Assembly: GCA_002269645.1 (NCBI GenBank) | Contig: NIVC01004152.1 | Span: 1 to 57,664, forward strand | DNA from: Macrostomum lignano | Taxonomy: Eukaryota | Reading direction: 5' to 3' | DNA length: 57,664 bases | Shown here: positions 42,201-52,300 of the stretch, piece by piece | Layout: the number at the start of each line of letters is the position of its first letter | How positions within the stretch are numbered: the first letter of the stretch is position 1 | Position numbers and translations under genes: made by a program | The notes under the pieces: generated by a model | Databases searched by the model: none | Seen by the model: the letters and a program-made list of their open reading frames with translations, nothing else | Told to the model about the DNA's origin: nothing

Positions 42201-45200
42201 CTGCTCTCTCCTCACCACTTGTCTCCCCTCTTATCTTCCATGTTTTCTTTATCCCCCTCTCGCCTCTCCTCTCTTCTAAATAGTCTATTCCTTCTCCTTT
42301 CCACTCTCATCTGGCCCGCACATAAGCTGGATTCTTTTTCTGGCTTTTGAAGTAAAAGTCTGCCGATCCCTGCTTCGAAAGCCAGTTTGTGGGACGTACT
42401 ACTCTCATCGTTGTTCTCATGCTTTGATCACGTCATCTTTCTTGCCAATTTGCAGCCCTGAAAGGAATTTTTGTATTTTCAGCTCCACTGCAGTCTGCAT
42501 CAGTCTAACAACCAAGGAAATACGCATTTCTTAGGAGGCCATTTAAAATTTACACACTACCTTTAAAAGAAACCTAAAATTTCCATGGGTGTGCCTAATT
42601 TAGTAGGGTTGTATTGCATTGTGCATTGCATCGCATCGCCTTTTCATAAATCTTTCGCTTTTACAAACCGCTTTTCGCTTTCGCTTTTTTGCTGGATTCC
42701 CTCGATCTGCCAATTGCCATCCACTGTTAAACTGCTGCAGAGTTTGCCAATACAGAGGAGGGGAGGGCAGTGATTAGAATTTCTCACTAATTAAACTGTT
42801 ATGGCTAAACGTAGCCTCTCCACTCTCGGGGTGCGAGAAGGCTATAAAAAAGTTATTCCAAAACACTGTACATTTGCTATGTACATTCAGTCCTATCGCC
42901 TGATCCTTCGTCTGGCTCTGGGGGAATGAGTGAGTGAGTGGCACAAACAACAGAAAAAGCAGACAAACTTCACACGCTTACAGTTTCTTTTCTGAAAGAG
43001 TTAGAGAGTTGTAACTCTACATTTAGACAGAGAATGAGTCAATGAAGAATTGTGTGAAGTTTGAAGTCAATCGCTTTATGTGAAGCAAACTTATGGCAGC
43101 TGAAAGTTAGTCAATTTTGAAACCCTTTTACACATCTGGGCCCAGATCGGTATCGGGAAAGAGAGGCAGGCGGGCGGAGGTTGGGGTGGTTGCTACGCTG
43201 AAAAAAACAGCCAAACTTTAAAAGTGCACAGCGCCGTTCAGGATTAACTTTCAGACTCGAAATTTTACATGATTGTGCCAAAATAGTTGAAAATTGTCTG
43301 TGTCAAATTTGAAGAGAATCGGTAGAAGTGGAGCGGCGCTATGGAGGATTTAGTGAAAAAATTGCGCATTTTGAGCAGTTTTTTGCACTTTTAGGTAGGA
43401 AGACTCAAATTTAGGAAATTTAAAGGTAGCCTAAGACATTCTCCGTAGTGAGTTTAGGGTGGGTGTAAAATTTGGTGTCATTTAGTTGAGCGGTTTGGGA
43501 GTCCATAGCGATCAAAATTGTCCACACACAGACAGACAGACAGACAGAGTTTTGATTTTTATAGGTAGAGATTTTTATTTCTTTTTTGTTGCCTCCCCAA
43601 CGGGGGGCGCAGACTGCTAGTCCAATATACTAAATAGGGTTGCTTATGGGTATGCAATTTATTCTAGCAAAACAGCTAACTAAAATACGTATGAGCCATG
43701 TCAGAAAGTCAGAGGCTGCCAATATAATCTCATATGAATTCTACCGTAAAGTGCAAGTAGGTTTGAAGCGCAAACGACAATAAAACTGTAGCACTCTGAG
43801 TACTGCAGAGATCCGCCTACATTTTCCATTATGTCGTTTTACTCGATAACCAATGGCAACCTGCAAACCCCACAGTCTGTTTGAGATCACCCAGTCCCTC
43901 TACTGGTCAGCCTACGGCCTGATAGATTTGAGCAACACCGACCTCGAGTACGAGCACTCGTTCACGGAATTCATTGGTAATGGTCGGCTATTTAATGGAC
44001 TGGTTGATTTATCATCATTTGACAACGTTGAGAGCCTCCTATCACTTTCATTTTCGCATCTGGCACCATAATTAATTAATAACGTTTCAGGGGGAAAGTA
44101 GTTAGGTAAAATCCATTAAAAATATCTTCTGACGCGTAAATGAATATATTTTAATTGTTTACTCTCACTCACAGTCCGAGAGTCAGTCTCACCCGTCACT
44201 CTCACAGTCCGAGAGTCAGTCTCACCCGTCACTCTCACAGTCCGAGAGTCAGTCTCACCCGTCACTCTCACAGTCCGAGAGTCAGTCTCACCCGTCACTC
44301 TCACAGTCCGAGAGTCAGTCTCACCCGTCACTCTCACAGTCCGAGAGTCAGTCTCACCCGTCACTCTCACAGTCCGAGAGTCAGTCTCACCCGTCACTCT
44401 CACAGTCCGAGAGTCAGTCTCACCCGTCACTCTCACAGTCCGAGAGTCAGTCTCACCCGTCACTCTCACAGTCCGAGAGTCAGTCTCAGCCGTCACTCTC
44501 CAGCCGAGAGTCAGTCTCACCCGTCACTCTCACAGTCCGAGAGTCAGTCTCACCCGTCACTCTCACAGTCCGAGAGTCAGTCTCAGCCGTCACTCTCACA
44601 GTCCGAGAGTCAGTCTCAGCCGTCACTCTCACAGTCCGAGAGTCAGTCTCACCCGTCACTCTCACAGTCCGAGAGTCAGTCTCAGCCGTCACTCTCACAG
44701 TCCGAGAGTCAGTCTCAGCCGTCACTCTCCCAGCCCGAGAGTCAGTCTCACCCGTCACTCTCACAGTCCGAGAGTCAGTCTCACCCGTCACTCTCACAGT
44801 CCGAGAGTCAGTCTCACCCGTCACTCTCACAGTCCGAGAGTCAGTCTCAGCCGTCACTCTCCCAGCCCGAGAGTCAGTCTCACCCGTCACTCTCACAGTC
44901 CGAGAGTCAGTCTCACCCGTCACTCTCACAGTCCGAGAGTCAGTCTCAGCCGTCACTCTCCCAGCCCGAGAGTCAGTCTCACCCGTCACTCTCACAGTCC
45001 GAGAGTCAGTCTCACCCATCACTCTCCAAGCCGAGAAGCAGTCTCAGCCGTCACTCTCCCAGCAGCCCGAGAGCCAGTCTCAGCCGTCACTCTCCCGCAG
45101 GCAAGCTCATGTACGGCGCCTTCTCTGCAATAACATTCATCGTCCTGCTCAACATGTTGATTGCCATGATGAACTGCAGCTTTGAAGAGATTGTGGTACG

Positions 45201-47097
45201 TTTCTAATATTCAGTGCCTGCTACTCAAAGTAGAGCGGCGATATAAAATAAAAAACTGATTTTTCACATCTGCAGGCCCAGGCAGACACGGAGTGGAAGT
45301 TCGCCCGCGGCAAGCTGTGGATCAGCTACTTTGACGAAGGCGGCACCCTGCCGACGCCATTCAACATCATCCCGAGCCCGAAGTCTTTCCTGTACGCGAT
45401 GGCCTGGCTCAAGGATAAGGTCTGCTCCTGCTCTAAGCGGCACCAGCGCAGCAAGTGGCAGAGCATCCGGGTAAGACTGCAAGATTTTATCTAAGTGAAT
45501 TTTGTATCATGTTTGCAATTGAGAAGTGGCTTATCTCTCCTGTTGCAGAAAGTGGTGAAGAAAGTAAACGAGAAGGAGGCTCGGTACCAGGTGAAGAAGC
45601 CTGTTTGCTTGTTGATGTCGACCCACATTAAAACTAAACGGAAATCCTAACCCTAACCCTCAGTCGGTGATGCGCGACCTTATCAAGCGCTACTTGATGG
45701 TCCGTCAGAAGTCGGACGACAAGCAGGGCGTCACAGAGGATGACTTGAACGAGATCAAAGGCGACATATCGGCGTTTCGCTTCGAATTGTTGGAGATTTT
45801 CCGAACCAACGGCATGCGAACGCCCGCCCACATGCAGCAGCGGTCCAGTAAGGGGTCGGGCTGACCGTAGCGCTGGGAAACAAAGTGGCTGGCTAGAGTA
45901 AAAGAGAAACGGGAACATAAATCAGTCCACGTGCAAAGCATATCAATAATTTCCTGACCCGATTCCACTAGTACCAAAAAGCCACTTTAGGAAATCTATC
46001 TCAGTCAACATGAAGCTCAGGAAACATGTATGTAGCTTAGGGAACATGCAGCTTAGGGAACATGCAGCTTAGGGAACATGCAGCTTAGGGAACATGCAGC
46101 TTAGGGAACATGCAGCTTAGGGAACATGCAGCTTAGGGAACATGCAGCTTAGGGAACATGCAGCTTAGGGAACATGCAGCTTAGGGAACATGCAGCTTAG
46201 GGAACATGTAGCTTAGGGAACATGCAGCTTAGGGAACATGCAGCTTAGGGAACATGTAGCTTAGGGAACATGTAGCTTAGGGAACATGTAGCTTAGGGAA
46301 CATGTAGCTTAGGGAACATGCAGCTTAGGGAACATGCAGCTTAGGGAGCACTGGCCAAAGTATTTGTGCAGGTGTGCGCTCTCGTGCGGGATGGGATGAA
46401 ATTACCCCGTCGGTTGAAAAAAATCTCACCATGGCGACTCTTCCCAGCCAAGCTGCGGCGCCGCGGCAGCAAGCGGTCGATGCAGAGCCGGCGCTACGGC
46501 CGATTCCCCGGCGGCGAAGACCAGCAGCAGCAGCAGCAGGAGGGTGGCAGCATTGGCCGGTTCGACACCATCAGCGAGGAGGAATCAGACAGTCTCAACG
46601 GCAGCGTCAACGGCTGGCCGCTGGCCGGTCGGCAGGCCGGCGCCAGGACGCCGACGACTCCGCCGCGACGCCGGCTACCGCCGCTGAGCTCGCAGGACAG
46701 CTCGGAGAGCTTCCAGTCCAGCGGGGCCCAGGCCAGCCCGCCGGAGCGGCGACAACAGCAGCAGCAGGCGGAGCTGGCCCTGGACCCGGCCCAGCTGCCC
46801 GGCTACCAGCGGTCCGGCACCGCCAACTCCGACACCGCCGCCGCCAACGCCGCCGCGGCCGCGTTCACCAAGAAGACAATCGGCGCCGTCAAGAAGGTGT
46901 CATTCAACTGGAACCAGGAGGACGACAACGAGCAGGAGCGGCAGAGATCTGCCGAAGGTGACGGCGGCTCTGTTTACGTGTACGACGGGTCACCGGAAGC
47001 TTCAACACCTCAGCCGCAGCCGCCGCATCCGACAAGAGAGCAGCCGCAGGCGCCGCCGCAGCGAGCTCGGGGCGAGCGGCGCAGCGATCTGGTCTGA
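30276..47097 (+). CDS. Canonical TRP (TRPC) cation channel, TRPgamma/TRPC1-4-5-like, about 1073 aa
   Basis: Exons 30276-30824, 33021-33554, 33949-34306, 36336-36475, 38996-39369, 43876-43976, 45101-45195, 45276-45470, 45549-45590, 45664-45847, 46448-47097 (3222 nt, all phases join). Ankyrin repeats, [23 protein letters not shown], Zn-binding H-x3-C-x-C-x2-[22 protein letters not shown], pore [13 protein letters not shown]6 [14 protein letters not shown] box EWKFAR, coiled coil [20 protein letters not shown]. Confidence 0.95.
31122..31511. mobile_element. Second copy of the hAT-type MITE, opposite orientation
   Basis: Same TIRs; perfect 8-bp TSD AACTGTGG (31114-31121 and 31512-31519); more internal repeat units than the copy at 14051. 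Confidence 0.9.
32170..32525. mobile_element. Second, partly deleted copy of the fold-back element
   Basis: 32175-32320 matches 8325-8470; 32370-32470 matches 8600-8690; degenerate right arm at 32490-32525. Confidence 0.65.
32572..32880 (+). mobile_element. tRNA-derived SINE family A, full-length copy in TRPC intron 1
   Basis: Head GGGGTTGTAGCCTGGTGGTTAGAGCG (A box) ... GGTTCGATTCTC (B box); body TTGTGTCCTTGATCACGGCACTTAAC...CACCCAGCTGTAAAATGGGTGCC; AT-rich tail. Three other copies are in the window. Confidence 0.85.
33568..33837. repeat. (CCCGTTCCGT)n 10-bp repeat, about 27 copies, TRPC intron 2
   Basis: Seen directly. Confidence 0.95.
34272..34880 (+). repeat. 64-bp array containing the TRPC exon-3 3' end plus 5' splice site, 9 donor copies
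   Basis: CTAG|GTGAGA at 34307, 34371, 34435, 34499, 34563, 34627, 34691, 34755 and 34819. Confidence 0.95.
34908..35017 (-). mobile_element. SINE family A 3' fragment
   Basis: GATGTGCAACCGACAGCTCAGCCGCAGCTATTGCGCGGCGCATCTGAAGGCTGCGTACGGCTGTTCAGTC is near-identical to the other copies; the head is absent. Confidence 0.8.
36530..37312. repeat. 16-bp satellite (TAGCTTAGGGAACATG), about 48 copies, TRPC intron 4
   Basis: Seen directly; same unit as 46020-46346. Confidence 0.95.
38222..38915. repeat. 24-bp minisatellite (AGGGCAACCGTCAGCTACAGAAGT) with higher-order variants
   Basis: Seen directly. Confidence 0.95.
39680..39967. repeat. 16-bp purine-rich repeat (ACTAGATGAGGGAGAG)
   Basis: Seen directly. 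Confidence 0.95.
40865..42305 (+). repeat. About 1.4 kb CT-rich low-complexity tract
   Basis: Overwhelmingly C/T on the plus (TRPC sense) strand; explains the Ser/Leu ORFs. Confidence 0.95.
43190..43575. mobile_element. Possible Helentron-associated (HINE/DINE-1-like) non-autonomous element
   Basis: Contains AAATTTGAAGAGAATCGG and AAATTTGGTGTC blocks, a (CAGA)n microsatellite and a terminal TAGAGAT-TTTT; resemblance from pattern memory only, single copy here. Confidence 0.3.
44161..45100 (+). repeat. 33-bp array, about 28 copies, whose last degenerate unit is the TRPC exon-7 acceptor
   Basis: Unit CCGAGAGTCAGTCTCACCCGTCACTCTCACAGT; ends CCGTCACTCTCCCGCAG|GCAAG. Confidence 0.95.
46020..46346. 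repeat. 16-bp satellite (CAGCTTAGGGAACATG), about 20 copies, last TRPC intron
   Basis: Seen directly. Confidence 0.95.
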
Positions 47098-49330
47098 GCT
47101 GTCCCCTGGGTCCGAGCTCAACTCGTAAGTTCGCATTCCAAAGAATCGGATCAAAGTGTCATGCTTAGAGTTTTGCTGGATAAATATGGCAAATCTAACT
47201 GCGTTTTCATTGGTTCACAGCCTTTGTCTATGGTAAAATCTGGCGTCTCTTCGCAAAATCCTACAGCAATTCGCAAGCAATCAATATGCCTAGACAATGA
47301 GGCAAAAAAACAAGTTACTAAAACAGTTTACAAGTTGACTAATTTATAATCTCCTAGATGGTCTGTCACTAGCTAGCTTTTTGTATGCTCGTATTCCATT
47401 GCACAAATCTTTTAAACTTTCCTTTTTTCGCGTAATTCTTTTATCCACAGCAAAATGGTATTTTTCCACAGATTACTAAAAGTACAATTGGCGCACAATC
47501 TTACGCAATTTTTATGCAATTGATGCAACTTTATTTTCTGAGTAAAAATTCTAATTGAGAATCGTGACAGTTCCGCATTCAAATCTGATTGGTTAATTCG
47601 CCGCGTTTGCCCGACTGGTCCGGTTTTTCCTCCGGGTGAACTACTTATTTACTGACTGAATGCAAGTAGTATAAATTGCGTTTTTATCCTTGTACGAGAA
47701 ATCGGAATATTTTTTTATCTTTTTAAATTGAATTAAATTTAAATTAAATTTAGATTTCAGAATCGGAATTCGATAGCGCCGTTTCAGATCGTAAAGATTT
47801 GTTAATATTCTTGAAATTTACGACAACTGTTTTGCGGAGAACCCTAGCAACTGTACCAGCTGTTTTCTTAAATTGTTTTTATCAATTCTACAGAAAATGT
47901 TTTCTTCTTTGCAAATACTTTTTGCGAATTGAAGAATTTCTTTTTCGGAAATAAACGGAATGGATCTATTTTGCAAGCACCTCACTTAATTTACCGGTTC
48001 TTATTTATTTTGACATTATTCTATCTACTATTAGTAGCTGGCCAATTTGAACTGAAATTGTCAGTCGATACGCGCATTTTTTTCTACTATTAGTAGCTTT
48101 GGCTAATGAAATGTCGAATGACAGAGTTTAAAAAAATCAAAATACTATATATACTCGTAGAAATGTATACTTTTTTTAAAAGTGCGTTCAAAAACAATAG
48201 AGATAAACGCAGAGTACATATTTTGAAATATTTTATTGAACTCTACGTGACTGGTGGTTCTCTGTCAGCGAAAATCGGTGCCACTCGATAAAAATTTCGA
48301 TTCAATTATATAAGCTAAAACCAACATGGTTCGAACCGTGTCAAAAAAGTGCAAAGAGAAATCAAAAAAGAGCGTCAAGTTCTTGTGGAAGGCTCACGGG
48401 TGAGTTGCCAAATTCCAAACGATATGTGCAACAAGAGTCAAGTGCAGGCGAGTTAAAGGAAAATCAATAGGTTTGCAGGAATGAAAACGCGCTAGGTATG
48501 GACGGATTTCAGTTTACAGGTAAATCTGTAATTGAGATCTGAGCAGAGACGGTGCACTTGATAATTAAAATATCATGATAATTCTGAGCCTAAAGCACAG
48601 ATACTAGAATAACTAGATGGGCCACTCAGCACATTTGCGTGCAAGCTACTTTCAGTTCAGTAGTAAGTTAAACGGAAGCATTTTAATGTATTCTTAAAGC
48701 CTGGGTTCATTTATTGGCTCTTACCCCACAGCTTAAGCCCTCCAACCGCGCCTTCCCACCCTACCCCCCCCCCCCACCCCAATTTTTATTGCCTTTCTCG
48801 GAATTCCAGCCTAAAGCTGCCATGTACATTTCAGTGGACTGGCTAATGTACATTATTGCTGAACCAATAAAGCAAGCTGTTTACCGCCTGCAAGCTTTGG
48901 GCTTCTAAACTTATCAAATTCGTTTCAGCTGGCTTTTTTATAAATAGCTTATGTATTCTTCTTTGCTACTGAACTGAAAGTAGAAAGCTGATTTACTAAG
49001 TATTTATGCCTGAATAGTGGCCCATCTAGTTATTCTTGTATCTGTGGCCTAAAGTGACAAACCAACTAGCGGCAAGCTGTACAAAACTTCATCACACATT
49101 TTAAAAAATGACTTTATAAACGATGATTTCCTAGTCTCTGAAGACAGGCCACTTGCAACCAGCAATGCAAACTCGAATGCGAAATTAAGACGCGTAACTC
49201 CTCTGCAATGAAGCGGCACAGATACTGATCACAGATCGCAGCAAAAACAATTATTGATAAACAGACGATGCACTTCTCTTCAGGCCACAATGCCAGCTGC
49301 TGGCCCAGCAACTCCCCCCTCCCCAACCGG

Positions 49331-52300
49331 TCAGTCCGGCCGGTTTGGCGGCCTGGCGAGCGGCACGCTGGCCTTCCGCCTTAGCTGGAAGCGGCTGACT
49401 GCCGCGATCGGCCCCGACAGAGACGTCGACGACGATGAACCGGCAGCGCCGCCACCGCCGCGTCCGTTGGGCTTCAGGCAGCCGATGGAGGCACTGCGCC
49501 GGACTGGCACTGACTCGGCCTGCAGGCAGCTCCTCAGCTGGGCAACCTTGGACTCCTCCAGATCCGCCGCCGTGACCAACAGCACACTGGCCGAGCTGCC
49601 AACTCCAACTGAAGGCCGGTTGCGCAATGGCGGCACGGAGGACAGCAGGGCCTGCTGGCGAGGTGAGAACAGCGATGGCTGCTGCTGCTGCTCCAGACTG
49701 CCTGGCAGTACCGGCTGCTGTTGCTGCTGCTGAGTCTGAGCTGGAGTTGGCTGCTGTTGCGGCTGAGCAGCCTGGGAGGGAGGGGGAGATGCCGCCGCTG
49801 CCGCGGCCGCCGCTGCCGCGGCCGCCGCTGCCGCGGCCGCCGCCGTGGCTTTATTCGTTGTTGAGCGCCGCTGCTGCTGGTTAGTCGGCGGTGGAGGCGC
49901 CGCACGACGCAGCGGAGCTCGACGCACCGCGCCAGCGGCAGTTGTAGAAGACGTTGCCGACGACGATGTCGAAGGTGTCGTCTGCTGCTGCTGCTGCTGC
50001 TGAGAGCGGCTCCGAAAGTGCTGCTGCTGCTGCTGTCGGAGGCTGGGCCCGCTGCTGCCAGCCGAGCTGGCTAGAAAAGTCTTCACAGCGCGAGGCCCGC
50101 CGCGCAGCGAGGCCAGGTAGCGCCGGGTCCAGTCGCGCAGGGCGGCTAAACTGGATTTGCTGAGCCGGCTAACAGGATTCGACTGCACGTGGTCCAGCGC
50201 GGCCACCGCCATCGCCCGGCCGACCTCCTGGTAGTGAGCCGGCGCGTACTTCGGCGGCGGGCCGGGCGGAGGCGGCGGCGTCAGTCGGGGATCCTGGAAA
50301 GATTCGATTTGTTGCGGTTTTATCAACTGCATGCACAATTCATGTCAAGGGAATATGTACACTCTGGTGGCAGATTCATATGTACCTGAGGTCCGCGAAC
50401 TTTCTTATCTCAAAAGTCATATAAAGAATCCAGCTTGTGGGGCTGCGGGCCAGATGAGTGAGGAGAGAGGAGAGGAGAAAGAAGAGAGAGCAGATTGGAA
50501 AAGAGAGAGGAGAGACAAGCGAGGGGAGGGAAGAGAGAAGAGAGAAGGGAGAGAAGGGAGAGTAGAGAAAAGAGAGGAGAAAAGAGAAGAGAGAGAGAGA
50601 GAGAAAAGAGTGGAGAGAGAAGAGAGAGAAAAGAGAGGAGAGAGAAGAGAGAGAAAAGAGAGGAGAGAGAATGGAGAGACGGAAGAGACAGGATAGAGAG
50701 GAGAGAGACAAGAGAGGAAAGAAGGGAGAGAGATGAGAGAGAAGCGAGAGAGGAGAGAGAGGGAGGAATGGAGAGAGGAGAGGAGAGAGGGAGGAAAGGA
50801 GAGAGAGGAGAGAGGGAGGAAAGGAGAGAGGAGAGGAGAGAGGGAGGAAAGGAGAGAGGAGAGGAGAGAGGGAGGAAAGGAGAGAGAGGAGAGAGGGAGG
50901 AAAGGAGAGAGAGGAGAGAGGGAGGAAAGGAGAGAGAGGAGAGATGAGAGAAGGGAGAGGAGAGAGAGGGAGGAAAGGAGAGAGAGGAGAGATGAGAGAA
51001 GGGAGAGGAGAGAGAGGGAGGGAAGGATAGAGAGGAGAGAGAGGCGAGACGATAAAGAGGCTTCGCGGGCCGAAGTTTCCCGAACCCTGATATATACAGA
51101 TTCAGTAAGCAGAGGGGCATGGGCACTCTGTATGACTGCTTGCCTCTTCAATGGCGGTGGGTCAATCGTCGCCTTTATTTGCAACAGTGCCCACAGCCCC
51201 CTGCGAACCCACTAACAAATAAGCAGAGAGCAGAAATCAGGGGGGGGGGGGATCGCAGTGCCTCACCTGATGCATAGGCAGGTGATTGACGCATCTGCCG
51301 CTATTGTAGTTGCACTCCAGCGTGTAGCTGTGCACCAGGCCCAGGTGCTTCCAAATGGCCACCCGGCCAGCGCCAGCTTTTGACAGTCCGTCCCGCTTGT
51401 CCCGCAGGTACATGTTGCGCACGGTGAAGTTGCAGGCTGAATATTCGAAATAGGCAGAATTGGCAGCGATGAGGCGCGGGTATAACAAGTTCTCCATCAT
51501 TGCTGAGTCCGGCTCGACGTTGTTGCCATAGACAAAGCAGCCGCGCTTTGAGCAGTGGCCGTGCAGGTCAATATAGTAGGCGATGCCGCTGTCCGATGGA
51601 GGAACCTCGAGCAGGCGCGGATCGCACAGGTGCGGACAGGTCGGGTTGCCGGGGTCAAAGGAGCCCGGACCGCCGGGAACCTGAGAAGGATGCACGCACG
51701 GAGCTGAGCTAGGGCTGCTGCCACAGTGGTTTGTTTAGCCTATGGCTTCAGACCATATTAAACATAGTCTATAACTGCATTGTCTATGGCCTGTCATCCC
51801 TACATTGTCTATGGCCTGCGACCCCATTGTCTATAGCCTGTCACCACCCTAGTGTCCATTGCCTGTCATCACCCCTAGTGTCCATTGCCTGTCATCACCC
51901 CTAGTGTCCATTTCCTGTCACCAACCACCCCTAGTGTCCATTGCCTGTCACCACCCCTAGTGTCCATTGCCTGTCACCACCCCTAGTGTCCATTGCCTGT
52001 CACCACCCCTAGTGTCCATTGCCTGCCACCACCCCTAGTGTCCATTGCCTGTCACCACCCCTAGTGTCCATTGCCTGTCACCAACCACCCCTAGTGTCCA
52101 TTGCCTGTCACCAACCACCCCTAGTGTCCATTGCCTGTCACCAACCACCCCTAGTGTCCATTGCCTGTCACCAACCACCCCTAGTGTCCATTGCCTGTCA
52201 CCAGCCACCCCTAGTGTCCATTGCCTGTCACCAACCACCCCTAGTGTCCATTGCCTGTCACCAACCACCCCTAGTGTCCATTGCCTGTCACCAACCACCC

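Noticed and set aside
45645-45662. Telomeric (CCCTAA)n seed
   Set aside because: Only two units; better explained as the branch-point region (CTAAC) of a 73-nt intron.
46366-46447. TRPC last exon starting at the acceptor at 46371
   Set aside because: It is phase 0 and incompatible with the phase-1 donor at 45848; the acceptor at 46447 fits.
47097-49331. Functional link between the convergent TRPC and CCP5 genes (sensory cilia theme)
   Set aside because: Adjacency alone; no shared elements and no overlap of coding regions seen.
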